64,000 nucleotides of DNA from contig NC_043001.1 in assembly GCF_006345805.1 (NCBI RefSeq), positions 69,068,001-69,132,000 on the forward strand, written 5' to 3'. This DNA is from Octopus sinensis (taxonomy: Eukaryota). The notes beneath the pieces were generated by a model that worked only from the letters and a program-made list of their open reading frames with translations, was not told where the DNA came from and did not search any database. The translations under genes and the position numbers were made by a program. Positions 26,835 to 40,844 of this stretch are shown here, one piece after another; positions within the stretch are counted from its first letter, which is position 1; each line of letters opens with the position of its first letter.

Positions 26835-27132
26835 TATTATGGTTTTCCGTTACATATATATTCAATGTATGCTAAATATGTATCATTATCCTTCATTTTC
26901 TGAAACAAAAATGTTTAGATGAGCTATTTACATTCAAGATCTATTAGCGTGGTTCACCCAAAAACTGAAGAAGGTGAAATAAAATTAGAAATCACGTTAC
27001 ACAGAATAATGGAAACATAACAATTTTGTTGCCATAGTGTGCAAACCAGCTGGGAAATGTTTTATCAAAATCGATTCACAGAAAACCGAGAAATCCTAAA
27101 TTTTACTCCTAAGGTATTAACGTGGTTCTGGG
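26835..27132 (+). repeat. Dispersed repeat, probable old DNA-transposon end
   Basis: Homologous to 7045-7255 and 15330-15540. Confidence 0.65.
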
Positions 27133-28431
27133 GATAGGTATGTATGTATGTATGTATGTATGTATGTATGTATGTATGTATGTATGTATGTATGTATGTG
27201 TATATATACACTCACATACTACAAACATACACATATGTGTGTGCGTGAGTAGATCCTTGATACAGTAAAATGTAGTAGCAGGCGAAATAAGATCAGATTA
27301 ATGTATGACGTCTGTGACGTTTCCTACAAGACAACCACTGGAATGGTTAGGTACGGTTGATGGAGAATAACTCTCAACGATATCGATCCAAGTTGAAATG
27401 AATTATTCGCCTCTTCGTCTTTTAGGTCGCACACAGCCCCAGTACTCACAGTACTCACAGGTCATGTTGACTATAAAGCGTCGAGGTCCACTGTGAAATA
27501 GACTAAGTATGGTATCTCAGCACATTCGCTAAAAGTCAATAATTCACAATTTCAGCGTGTTAAGTTGGAAAAAATATGTATAGAGAGCAGTAACCTGTTT
27601 CTTTAGAAATGCCATTCTATTTCCAGCTGAAGTAAACGCTACAGCAGAACTCAATTAAAGCATATGTAAGAGATTGGCCATGAAATTCAGTAAATTAGAT
27701 GGACGGCCACCACGTTACATTAACTGATTCTGTACTGGTCTAGATAAAACAAAAATAAGAGAAAAAATACATAAACGAGTTATACATATTCCATATGCCT
27801 GTGTGTGTACCTATATATGGATAAAAAGTATATATATATGCATATATACATATATACATATACACGTATGTGTGTGTGTGTGAATTTGTGTTTGTGTAGG
27901 TGTGTGTGTGTATGTGCGTATATATTTCGGCCTATGAGTTATGACCTAATGAACTATCTGCTTATTCACATACGTGATGTAAATGTCGGAATATTCATCG
28001 GACAAGTGTACCCTTAAAGTAATTATTTCACAGTCACAGTGACATAATGGTTGTTTAGGTCGACCCATTGTTTCGTTCTTAGGGTTAGATCGACCTGAGG
28101 CTAATGACAGCAAGTTGCATGTTTAAAAACCAAGAGAGACAAACGGAATTGCTGTTTCATTCAGTTTAAATATTGGCTAATCCTTTTATCTTTTAGTTGT
28201 GATATTCATTACAATGCAGCCACATTGAGGTACAGGATTGAAGAGTTTTGTCGAATAAATAAAGCACCACCATTATTTACTTTAAATCAGGCATTTATTG
28301 TATCGGTCTCTGAACAACCAGCTTACAGGGATATACGAGTAAGGAAAATAGCACATATTGACAGGTGGTGAGCGGGTAATAAGAGACAGAGACGTACATA
28401 CATACATACATTCACACACACACACACACAC

Positions 28432-28468
<37 letters not shown>

Positions 28469-28804
28469 TGCACATACGCACAAATATGCATCTACGTGTG
28501 GATGCATGTATGTGTGTATGTATGTATGCATTTATGTATGTACATATACGACGGACTTCCGCACACTTATCGTCTCTCGTATCTTCTCACAAAGCTTTGG
28601 TCTGCACTCGACTATCGTCGGTGCCTGTAACCCAAAATCGAAAATGGATGCATGGCGAGAAAATGTGTTCTGTTATATTGTCCGATCGCTCTTAAGCGAC
28701 TATACTGGTAACTCCACGAAGACTGCTTGGCAAGGTTGTTAGTTTATTTGACATCCAGTGAGATGAAAAATAAAACACGTCAACGGATGGAGGGTCTTGA
28801 TTGT

Positions 28805-28960
28805 CAACACCATCCGATAATGTGTGAAGTGCCAGGCCTACTGGTTAGGGTGTTGCATTCACGATCGTGAGATCATAGTTTCTAATCCCAAACCGGTTGT
28901 ACGCTGTATTCTTGAGCAAAACACTTCATTTAACGTTGCCTCCGTTCTCTCTACTGTTAA
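28805..28960 (+). mobile_element. Old tRNA-derived SINE relic
   Basis: ggcctactggttaggg...gtttctaatccc...cttgagcaaaacactt shows A-box-, B-box- and core-like segments. Confidence 0.5.
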
Positions 28961-29641
28961 TGTGCAACCTGATCGATTGGCGTACAAGGATGAGATGGTG
29001 TCAGAGAAATCACCCGAATAGAGATCTTGATATCTACATTTTGTATTCAGCGGTCGAATGGACGAATAATAAAACTCCGGCTTCCGAGTGGTTTAGAATG
29101 GTTGCTCAGCCACTTCCAAGGCTGATATTTTCAGTTGGGTTTGATATCTAGTGGCGTTCATTGCACTCTTATAGATATGTAATATATATCGAAGTAAATA
29201 TTCGACATATATCGGGAGCAAATGTGTTCGTTTTTTATATTTCGCTTGAATTATTTAAAATTTAGCCATGGTATTTGATAGTTATGGATTTCAAAGTAAA
29301 TAATCGGTAAGGAAACGTCAAAGATGGCATATAATATAATAGATACACATAATAAATGCCCAGATCTTATCATGTACACGAACCATTGATAAACGAAGCT
29401 TTATTACAGAATATTTATTTAAAGGTTTAGCTGCCGAAGTGATGTCAGACATATGACTGTTAAGAAGAAAGCTACTTGTCAAGAGCCAAACACCCAAGGT
29501 TGTGTGAAGCAATATTGGAAGCGTGGGACGGGTCGAGCTAAAGTAAATATAATAAAACTTAAGATGGACAGATAATTGTAAATTGTTAAATCACTCCTAA
29601 GGTATTTTATACAAAGGAGAGTATGAAACTATATTTAATCG

Positions 29642-30052
29642 TAGGCGCAGGAGTGGCTGTGTGGTAAGTAGCTTGCTTACCAACCACATGGTTCCGGGTT
29701 CAGTCCCACTGCGTGGCATCTTGGGCAAGTGTCTTCTGCTATAGCGTCGGGCCGACCAAAGCCTTGTGAGTGGATTTGGTAGACGGAAACTGAAAGAAGC
29801 CTGTCGTATATATGTATATATATATGTATGTGTGTGTATATGTTTGTGTGTCTGTGTTTGTCCCTCTAGCATTGCTTGACAACCGGTGCTGGTGTATTTA
29901 TGTCCCCGTAACTTAGCGGTTCGGCAAAAGAGACCGATAGAATAAGTACTGGGCTTACAAAGAATAAGTCCCGGGGTCGATTTGCTCGAGCAAAGACGGT
30001 GCTCCAGCATGGCCGCAGTCAAATGACTGAAACAAGTAAGAGAGTAAGAGAG
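29642..30052 (+). mobile_element. Full-length tRNA-derived SINE (head, internal microsatellite, tail)
   Basis: ggcgcaggagtggctgtgtggtaag (A box), ggttcagtccc (B box), tail ...gcagtcaaatgactgaaacaagtaagagagtaagagagta. Near-identical to 40429-40839. Confidence 0.92.
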
Positions 30053-30084
30053 TATTTTAATTTTATTGTACTATAAAAAAATAT

Positions 30085-30324
30085 ACTTTTACTTGTGTCA
30101 GTCAGTAAGTAGATTGCGGCCATGATGGGGCACCTTCTTAAAGCATTTTCTAATCGAATGTATCGACCCCAATGCTTTTTTCGTTAAGTCTGTTACTAAT
30201 TCTATCATCTATTTTTCCGAATCGCTAAGTTGCATGGTCGTAAACACATCAACGCCGGTTGTCTAGCAGTTGTAGACAACAAATACAAGCTCAAAGACAC
30301 ACACTCGGATATATGTGTGCGTGT

Positions 30325-30362
<38 letters not shown>

Positions 30363-30520
30363 ATGGGTGTGTGTGTGCGTGTGTGTGAGAGTGTGTGTGA
30401 GAGTGTGTGTATAAATAGACATGTAAGTATGTATGTATAGCATGGGTTTTCAGTTTCCTTCTACCAACTCTATTCGGGTGAGACTGAACCCGGAACAATG
30501 ATGTGGTTGAGGCAACATTT
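30085..30520 (-). mobile_element. Older copy of the same SINE family, inverted
   Basis: Reverse-complement matches to the tail (gcggccatgatggggcacc, cgctaagt) and head (gactgaacccggaac). Confidence 0.75.
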
Positions 30521-31339
30521 TTTCCATAAAATTATAATGAACCTTCCTCCTGTTTTTGAGCTGCGCGTCCATATGTATCTATGACATTTATATTGTAGCA
30601 CGACTTATTTGCATAAGCTCCATTCATACATCAGAATCATATTGTTATAAATATTTCTTTAAATATGATAACGATGTCAACATCTAAATGAGCCGCATTC
30701 AGCCAATCCTCAACTCGCTTGAGAATAACATACTGTAAAATAACTTGCGGGAATAAACATCGATTGCATCAGAGTATACATTTTGTAAGATGAATTCTTG
30801 TCGAATTTAGATTCAGATGCAACATATTCAACCAGAACGTGATGAAAAATTTTATTGAAACTGTTCAATATTGATTGTGAATAACATAGTTTATGCATTC
30901 TGCTAAAAATTACTTTTGATATATATTGAGATGTTGCAAACATTGAAGTGAGATAAGTAGATAAGGAATTTCTGTTGCTTTAAGTAAACCTAAACTACGG
31001 AGATTATTTCGACAGTAGCGTTGGTTATCAGCATTTACAAAATCGCCTTCTATTCAATATTGTTTCTAATAAATTTTCAAAGAGCCTGTCAAACAAAGAA
31101 GAGTTTAAATGTTCAGTTGCGTAATAGGAAAACCGCAGTTGTTATAGTTTTAGCTTTATAATGGTTGTTGGAAATCTTCATTCACTTCATCGTGTTGTTA
31201 TTGCAGCATGGAATTGAAGAAACCCATTATGGCAGTGAAACAATTGAGACAGGTTTCAGATCGTCTGCACACGATGAACAAAACTGTGAAAACATTTTAA
31301 ATGGATAATAACTGCTACATACATACACACACACACACA

Positions 31340-31389
<50 letters not shown>

Positions 31390-33992
31390 TACACACACGC
31401 ACACACACATACACACACACTGCTGAAAATGCAATCTTATTAAAAGTAGACATTTTACATAGAACAAAATGGATGATGAAGAGAGATATCGGAATTTGGT
31501 AATAATGAATGACATTTCCTAAAATTCTAATTACTAAGCGATGGAGAAAATAGTACTTTGTAAAGGTGTTCGATTAAAGTTTAGACTAAGGTTCTGGAAT
31601 ATGTTTCAGAATATTTCAAATATCTGTTGTTAAAGACACAAAAATGTAAAACCCAGCACGCGTTTCATGTTTCTGCTTTATTGGACTAGAACCAACATAT
31701 GGTAAAATAGATGGATAGTGTTTTAGATGTTGAATTAATGAACTCCTAAAAACAGCTCAGTGTATCCTCTAGGCATTGGGTTGACCTGTAAGAAATGAGA
31801 GCTAAATCGACCTCAAATAAATCTGTCCTTTCTTTTAAAATAATGTAACGTTTAAAGATGCAGACGTAAATATAATGTAAGCAAACATATAAAATTGTGC
31901 ACCTTTGATTTTGACACCTGAGTAGAGCTGAAGATATTTTGTTGTCCAAAGCCTTGAGCATAATGTAAATATTTCTGAAGAGACAAAACACGTGCAAGAT
32001 TTAAACTGAGCAAATTTATAGTATTTCTATAGTGCAGTGTCTATATTGTAGAAATATTGTAGAAAGTATAAATTACTGGTAAAATGTAAATCAGTGGCTG
32101 GTGATTGGATTTAAAATATTGTATAGAAGTTTCTAATTAAATGGAGAGACTGTTACCAAGAATTTGGTAGATAGAGTTGGGAAGGTTCCTCATTATTCCA
32201 TGTTTTTAAGGACAGAGGAACTTACAAGTCGTGAAATTTGTAGGAAGATAACAATGAAATCTCCTCCAAATAGTATCCTTAACTGAAAACCAACGAACGA
32301 TATCTTTGCTGATCAGATTCTTAACAAACTATGTTTCAAGAGAATGATGACATGGTCATGACTTGCATGCATTTTCTCGTCAGGACTCACTTAGGATTAA
32401 ATAGTAATATCAACTCCTTTTTAACATGAAAGATTCTTAATCGGTCATTGATATCGTTATTGATTCTGCTGCTAAGGAAATATTCGCAAAACTAGAACAA
32501 TGGATAAACTGCAGTTAAGAATAGGGTTTGGTACGTTGAATAAATTGAAATTTGCGTAAAAGAAACAGGTTTTCGATTTTCCCGTTTGAAAAAACTATAC
32601 TGGTTAATCATTGCAAAATAGTGAGATATTAACATAGTGAAAAAAGTTAAGGTCTATTTTCATTACATACTAAGCTGTTTCAAATTGTTTCCAAAAGTTG
32701 TGTACGTCTCATTACAACTAGCAGTTTCATCTGCCTAAAACACAAGTTTGAAAATAAAGATGCATGGGATAATATATACATATGCGTTTGAAATTCTTTT
32801 ACTGGTTGCTTGATTAGTGCTAATCTCGTACTAAATAAAGGAAGAAATACATTATATATAATATCAAGTGTACCTATAATTAATTTAGAATAATTGAAAA
32901 TTTATTTCATTATGCAGTCAGATATCTCAGCACGTTCGTTGGTGCTATCTCGATTCTGCAGGAATTCAGGTACTGAGATCCCTGTTGTTAAACTTTTCAA
33001 AGGTATCAAGACTCTTAATAAAATCTTTGTAATTTTGAAATGTTTAATGCCCAATCATACTCTCATACTGTTTATTTTATATCATAAAGATTTTTTTTAT
33101 GTTGCAAGTAAGTTGAAATCATCTTCGCGTGTGCGTGTCTACTAACGTTTACACCAATTATTTACGAGTGGAATTATGGATGGGGATAAAAAAACACTCA
33201 CACAAATATAAAATGATAAAATATTCAGTATTTCCATAAAATTTGTAAATCTGCTAAAAAGGCAAATCAAAGCGGGGAAATTGGCTTAAGAAGATTAACT
33301 ACCCCGATGTAGGACCTCGAGTGAATCGGATCTCATACACAAACTCTGAAAGCTAAACGTGTAATTCAGCGTCCCCTGTAACTGAGAAGAATTTTACAAA
33401 CGCCTGCTTTTCATATTTTACTCCCCTCCTTACTAGATTATTGCAATTGAACATAGGCAATTTGTACGCCGTGGTTTACTATCAATATACTTTTTTATAA
33501 CAACATAGCCTATGTGATAAATGTTTATGGAAATTGCAACAAAACGTTTGTATTTATGTACTAAAACATACATTGAAATTTAGTACATCAACAGGCATTT
33601 TTTCTGGCAACTAAATGTAGAATATCCTACATATTGTAATACTGATTAAAATAATTGCTTTTGACCCCAAAGATCTCGAAGCACATAAACTTATAAATAA
33701 TAACATCCTAGCATGTATAGCCTTATATGCTTCGAGATCTGCTATTTCAAAAATAATTGTTTTGTTCTTTTGCAAGTTTATGAACTGTTACGACATCTGA
33801 TGAACATACCTTTTGAAAATATACTGACAATATAACAATTATGACCAATTAATTCATGTCTAAGAAAACCCATATTACACTAAACAGCAATAGCCTCTCA
33901 TACCACACCCTTTTGAGCACAAATCTCCCCACAGGGAAAGTAGATTTCATATGACGAGCAAGTGCAACAATAGATTTGCACCCACGTGTACG

Positions 33993-34039
<47 letters not shown>

Positions 34040-35348
34040 GCATATATGGTGGACTTGTATGCGTACTCGCTTGCCCTTGATATACATTTATAAATTAATT
34101 AATTTAACCATAACTAGTTGATTGCATGCTAACTACCTCATTAAATCTAATATATATTTGATCCTAAATTTTAATACACACACACACATACACACACATA
34201 TATATATATGAACGCGCGCCCACACACCACACACATAAACACACATATATACAAATATTTATGTATACAGAGGAAGAGATAGAGAGAGAGTGGGGAAGGG
34301 AGAGAAGCGATTCTGTTAAGAAAGCATAGACTATCAAGTATTTAGGAGTATATATGCACAGATATTGGTCTCCGGTATTACTCTAGCTTTTTTTGTTAAT
34401 ATTTGACAGTTATGGGATTTGACAGAAATGAGCTGCTTGTTGAAGTGAGTAGTCATTGCTGTGCTGCATCGTAGTTCTTAAATATTTGGACTATGTTTAT
34501 ACAAATATACAAGCGCGCAGTTAGGACTGAAAAGTTCCCGTATAACATACCATTTCAATCTTTTCACATACGCATAACATGCAGAATCTCAAACAGCACG
34601 TACATACATTCTAAAATATATATATTTTCTAATCATACACCAAGTGTGTAGCTTTTGTATGTCCAACAGATTTTCGGAAGCAGTATGAGTTTCGGTTGCA
34701 ACAGTTTATATGGTTTGACACTTAGGCAAATATATTATTTGTTTGTGCATTTGCTGGTGAAACAGTGTTATTCACGCCGGTATTTTTGTTCCATCTAGTA
34801 TGTAAAATATGCTGATAGATTTCTGAAATTGCTTTTTGGAATATTATGCAAGGTGTGGTTAGTATTGAACCATATCTATCAATGTACATCAGGAAGCGGT
34901 AACCTTGGAAACGGTTGAATTGTTGATAGTAATTATTTGCTTCACGATTCATTGAAATTGTGATTATTTAGAAAGAGTAAACACTAAGAGATTTTCTGAT
35001 TGTGTCTATTTATTTTAAATTTTTAATGAGAATTTTACCATAATTTATAGCTGTTGTTATTCATTATGATGTTATTGTTTTTGTTGGTGATGTATTTTAT
35101 ACCACACTTAAAGCTTGTCTATGATAGATAGTCGTAATGATGAAAGAGAAAGGGGTGGCTTGTCAAAAGAAGTTTAACCGTACGGAACGCGAAATAATAT
35201 AAGTAACCAAAGGCTATCGTTTACAGGCAGATAGTTTACACACTGAATTGTGCAATGTGCTCGTGTTTGTAGGCATTACTTTGGATTAATTCATTGCATA
35301 TATACGCGCGCGTATTTGTATATATATATACATATGTATGTACATACG

Positions 35349-35431
<83 letters not shown>

Positions 35432-35888
35432 TTATCTGTATGTCCGTCTGTCTATCTATCTATCTGTCTATCTATCTATCTATCTACCTCTATATATATT
35501 TACACACAAACATATATATATCACATGTTTTACAACATGTAGTCGGATGTTTTAATCATATATATTTCCATTTGGCGAAAAGTTAATCATTGATTTTTTT
35601 CTTTGTAACGCGATGTAATTAGTTTGTTGCATCATCGTGAGTGATTGTTAATGAAGATTAATTATATAAAACTAATTTTGTTCGAGAAAGTTTGTAGTTT
35701 CTATGCTGATTGAAAGACAGGCAAACACACAAGGAGACGCACACAAACAGAGACAAACACATAGTGAACCAGACACACATACTGAAACACTCACGAACGT
35801 GCATATAAATCAGTCTGATTCAGCGAATATAGAATGTTTACATGTTCTTATGTATAACTTACATAACGTTATATAAGAGTCATAACTA

Positions 35889-37161
35889 CGAGGGACGTTC
35901 AATAAGTAATGCATCTGACCCACTTGTAGTTGGTTGATCTAGCTGACATTTTGCATGTGCAATTATTTATATCTCTATACAGCTCTGAACTAATTGTGGT
36001 TTCTGATTTACAGGTGTTTGAACTCAGTCAAGTGTGAAATGGAGCTTGTTCAGTGTCGAGCAGTGATTCGGTTTTTGTATTTGAAAGGACGCACACCACG
36101 GGAGACTTTTGATGAAATGAAAGTAACTTATGGTGATGATGCCCCATCATATGGCCTTGTAAAACGCTGGCATCGTGAATTCAAGCATGGTCGGAACTCT
36201 GTGGAAACAGCTCCCAGATCTGGTCACCCCCCTTCTGCCATTGATGAGGCATCTGTCCGTCAAGTTGAGGCTGCTATTTTGGAAGATCGACGCATAATTA
36301 TTCGCCAAATAGCCCATGAGGTCAAGATTAGTACCGGGTCCGTGGAAACTATCATTCATGACCATTTGCATATGCAAAAGGTGTCTGCCAGATGGATTCC
36401 CAGGTTGCTCACACCTTTCCAGAAGCAAGAACGCGTCGAGTGCTCGAGGATGAATTTGGAGATGTGCCAAGAAGATGAGTCAAAATTTTTCAAAAGACTG
36501 ATTACACAGGATGAAACCTGGGTCCATCACTAGGATCCAGAGACCAAAGCCAAGTCAATGCAGTGGAAGCACCGTGACTCACCTCCTCCAAAGAAGGCAA
36601 GGGTGCAGCCCTCCGCTGGCAAGATCGTGCTCACAGTCTTCTAGGATCAGGGCGGAGTAGTGATGACAGAGTTCCTGGCAAGGGGCACCACAATTACAGG
36701 AGCCTATTATGCTTCACTTTTGAGGAATTTAAGAGAAGCTACCAAAATCAAGTGGGGGGCAAGATCAGCAAAGGCATCCTCCTCTTGTTGGACAACGCTC
36801 CGGTCCACAACTCGCGTGTCGCCAGATCAGAAGCACAGACGTGCGGCTATGAACTCCTCCCCCATCCCCCTACTCTCCTGACCGTGCAATCTCTGATTTT
36901 CACCTCTTCCCAGCCACGAAGTTGTTTTTCAAAGGAAAGCGTTTCCCAAATGATGCAGCCTTGATTTCTGAAGTCACGTCGTGGTTGGAGGACCAAGCTG
37001 GGGTCTTCTACAAAAACGGTCTCCAGAGCTGCATCAAACGATGGGAAAATGCGTAACTCTGGGTGGTTCCTATGTAGAAAAAGACTAATAACTGTGCCAA
37101 GTTTCGTTGCTCTACTGCTATGGGAAGTGGGTTAGGGGCATTACTTATTGAACGCCCATCG
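35889..37161 (+). mobile_element. Mariner (DD34D) transposon, full length, defective transposase 36039-37088
   Basis: TA/cgagggacgttcaataagtaatgc...gcattacttattgaacgcccatcg/TA TIRs. Motifs RSGHP, WIPRLL, ITQDETW, LDNAPVH and YSPD-like. Stop at 36531 plus frameshifts. Confidence 0.97.
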
Positions 37162-37340
37162 TACTTGTAAAGTGTGTATATATTAGTCGTGGTAAGATGG
37201 ACGATCGTTTATAACTTGAGCGCATGGAAACATTTGTGAAAGGAAGTCGGGTAATTGATATGATCGTATTTATTTTCTTGATGCAAGTACTTTGAGAGTC
37301 ATGGCTGTCGAAGCAGAGTTTTTGAAATAAGAGCGTATCA

Positions 37341-37425
<85 letters not shown>

Positions 37426-37437
37426 TATATATATATA

Positions 37438-38029
37438 TGGTTTTAAATTGATATTAAAATTAATATTAATTTATCTCCCTCAATTTTTAAATATTTAAAT
37501 AAATACGTTCCCTAGTTGTAAGCACTACCCGCAGTGAATTATTCACTGCAGCCCTTCGCTTCAGGAGTCTCTCAGCGCGCCAGGCATTTGAAATTTTATT
37601 CCCGATGTAATCAGTAAGACTAAGCACGTGTCTGTCTTGACACAGAGAGCTGGGGTTAGTCTTGCGGTTTGCATCTCGAGGACCGAATGTACTGATGAAG
37701 TCACGGACACTGGAATTATGCAAGTAATTCTTTTGTTAAGACCGAAACCGAGGTATGCATTTAAGTCTGCTATTTATTTAATTTTTCATATGTCCTGCCC
37801 GCCAAAGTTGGTTCTGGTGTTCGCTGAATTCTTCCTCTAGAGAATTTCCCTTGTAGTTTGATCGTTGATGATCTTCTTCTAGCATTCTGGCCGGCTACCT
37901 AGCAGGCCAGCCCTGCCAATATACAAATATATTTGAATTTTCTCTGACTCCTCAGATTTTTTGAATGCTGGACTACTGGTTTTAAATTGATATTAAAATT
38001 AATATTAATTTATCCCCCTCAATTTTTAA

Positions 38030-38031
<2 letters not shown>
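37438..38031 (+). mobile_element. Penelope pLTR/retrozyme-like unit bounded by 55-bp direct repeats
   Basis: 37438-37492 matches 37977-38031 with 1 mismatch. (TA)n flanks. Contains a hammerhead motif. Confidence 0.75.
37685..37762 (+). ncRNA. Type I hammerhead ribozyme (predicted)
   Basis: Stem I AATGTA/TGCATT. Core CTGATGA at 37692-37698. Stem II GTC/GAC, extended by a GAATTAT-GCAA-GTAATTC hairpin. GAAA at 37744-37747. Stem III ACC-GA-GGT. Predicted cleavage after GUA at 37755. Confidence 0.75.
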
Positions 38032-38070
<39 letters not shown>

Positions 38071-38566
38071 AATATATAATACACTAACTGCATTTTTTGA
38101 ATAACACTTTAGCATATAAATCGTTCCTATTTATAAGATTCTTGCAAATTATGCAGCACAAGCTGGAGAAGTTCTGTTTATTTTTGCACTTGTCTCATAG
38201 TAGTTATTGCAATATTTATCTAAAAATTTCAACAGCCTTTCTACTCTCTTTTTTATACTCCACTTGTTTCTGTTTGTTTTCTGTATTTTAAAGTTGATTA
38301 TAAATACTTAACTAATCTTATCTTATGTATAATATGACGGCATGCGTTTCACAGCGGTTACAAAGAATGACGGAAATTAAAACAAAAAAAAGAGTAGGAT
38401 TGAGTGACGTTCAGAGATGCTATATGCAGGTGAACTGTAATGAGATATTTAGCTCTGAAGTGGGCAGTATATTAAATAAAATAAATGTAAATTTTCTGGT
38501 TAATTACCTAAATTTATTCTAATTTCCAAGTAAAACATAACACATTCTCATACAGACATGTGTGTT

Positions 38567-38624
<58 letters not shown>

Positions 38625-38859
38625 TATAAAGTAACATTGATCATAGAACAAACTGCATTTTGAGTAACAAATTCAAATCAACGACTTTATATATAACACC
38701 ATACCTCTAAACATTTCATCATATATAAATATTATCATGGTACAAAAACATATAAAATATACATATATAAAAAACACAGAAGGTAGGAATATATATACGA
38801 ATAAATATACAGATATATAGAACGGCCTATTAAAAAGGTAAATACAATCGTCTAAATAA

Positions 38860-39873
38860 TCTAAAGCGTGTCATGCTACTAAAAGTCTAAATAAAATAAA
38901 ATAAAATATTATTCGACTAAAAAAAATTACTTACTCCCCTCAAAAAAAAGAGTACGTCAAAAAATGTTCAATTCACAAAAATCACGGTAGGTTAGAGTCC
39001 AGGAGCAAAAAGGGTTCCACAAAATCAAGTCAAATACACCTCTGGTCATTTCGGGAGTAAATTCCTGCGGTTCGATTAGAGTTAAAGTGCATCTCGGCAT
39101 TGACCCCTCATCAGGATGAACAGAAACCTTATTCTTTATTACCCAATATGTCACCATCTATGTTGGCCCCTAGTGGGCCAACGTATATGGAGACAGCACA
39201 ATCTGATTTGGGGTCAGATGCATGGTATGATTTCAAAATAAAGATGCGTTTAAAAATTAAACATGTAAATATATAAACGAATGATTTACATGAAACGAAG
39301 TACAGATACAAATGAGTGGTGTTTGGGGTCAGCTTCCACACCGCGAGCCCCAATCCACCAGTGATACCTTTCCAAGACACTTTATGTCGTACTTACACGG
39401 TTACATCCACTCGCAGCACTCGTGCTACATACTTCCATATTTCATCAAACATTTTCTCTGATAGCAGGATAAACAGGAAACTCAAGCAAAAAGTTCATTC
39501 AACGCTGCATGGCTAATTTAAAGATAATAATCAATGGACCAGTCCAAATTTTCTAACACACTGAAAGAAAATACGAATTATTTCATTGCTAAACATGCAG
39601 GTGGCTGTTGTTAATAGGAATTTTAACTATCCGGTTTCAAAATCCCATAAAACTAAATATTATTTACCACATCTATATTTACCACTTCTATATATTTTCA
39701 AAAAGTAGAAGAAAACTTGTTGCAAAAAAGGATCGTGTTAGGTATATATGAGATTTTAGTTCTGAAGCCACTTAATTTTAGAGCGTTGTTGTATACCGGT
39801 GCATGTTGATAAAAAATCTCCGTTTGTGGACAATTTAGGGATTCTGATTTTTAGTAGCATGACACGCTTTAGA
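38860..39873 (-). mobile_element. Penelope-like element relic with inverted termini
   Basis: 25-bp perfect inverted repeat at 38860-38884 and 39849-39873. Minus strand 39850-39735 gives RIPKLSTNGD.FYQHAPVYNNALKLSGFRTKISY with one frameshift, resembling the Penelope RT C-terminal region. Degenerate hammerhead at 39036-39118. Confidence 0.6.
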
Positions 39874-40428
39874 AGTTTTAGAGATTCCCTATCTACTAAT
39901 GCAAAAAAAAAAAAACAATATATGTACAAGAACGTTTAAATAAACAGAATATATTTATCGGAAAACACGTAACACGCCTAAATATAAACGCATATCGAAC
40001 TTTGGACTCAGTACATATTTTAAGTCATGATCACATATCCATCGCTGTACATATTTTATTTCAATACTTTAGCTCATGAATTTCTATGCTTATTTATCCG
40101 ACTCAAAAAGTGAGCAATTACTTCCCTTGTCCCGAATAAACACAATCACCAATTAAATCTCCTTAGATTTTTCTACTTCTTGATTCGTTCACAAATTTTT
40201 ATGCAATAAAACGGACTAAACACTTCTTAAGAAAATACGAAATCACCATAATATTCAATGTAATGATTAGCGAAAGTGAAACCGGTTGACAAACAATATA
40301 CTCTTCCTTTCACAATATATCAAATCTATGTAAACTGTGCATTTTCTCTTCCTCCCTTTTCTTACCAAATACATACATACATACATACATACATACATAC
40401 ATACATACATACATACATACATACATAC

Positions 40429-40839
40429 ATGGCTGTGTGGTAAGTAGCTTGCTTACCAACCACATGGTTCCGGGTTCAGTCCCACTGCGTGGCACCTTGG
40501 GCATGTGTCTTCTACTAGAGCCTCGGGCCGACCAAAGCCTTATGAGTGGATTTGGTAGACGAAAACTGAAAGAAGCCAGTCGTATATATGTATATATATA
40601 TATATGTGTGTGTGTATTTGTGTGTCTGTGTTTGTCCCCCCCAACATCTCTTGACAACCGATGCTGGTGTGTTTACGTCCCCGTAACTTAGCGGTTCGGC
40701 AAAAGAGACCGATAGAATAAGTACTAGGCGTACAAAGAATAAGTTTTGGGGGTCGATTTGCTCGACTAAAGGCGGTGCTCCAGCATGGCCGCAGTCAAAT
40801 GACTGAAACAAGTAAAAGAGTAAAAGATTAAAAGAGAGT
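40429..40839 (+). mobile_element. Near-full-length tRNA-derived SINE
   Basis: Same family as 29642-30052. Preceded by (ACAT)n. Confidence 0.92.
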
Positions 40840-40844
40840 ATATC

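Noticed and set aside
29642-29715. tRNA gene
   Set aside because: The A/B boxes belong to a SINE head and continue into the multi-copy SINE body. I could not fold a full cloverleaf.
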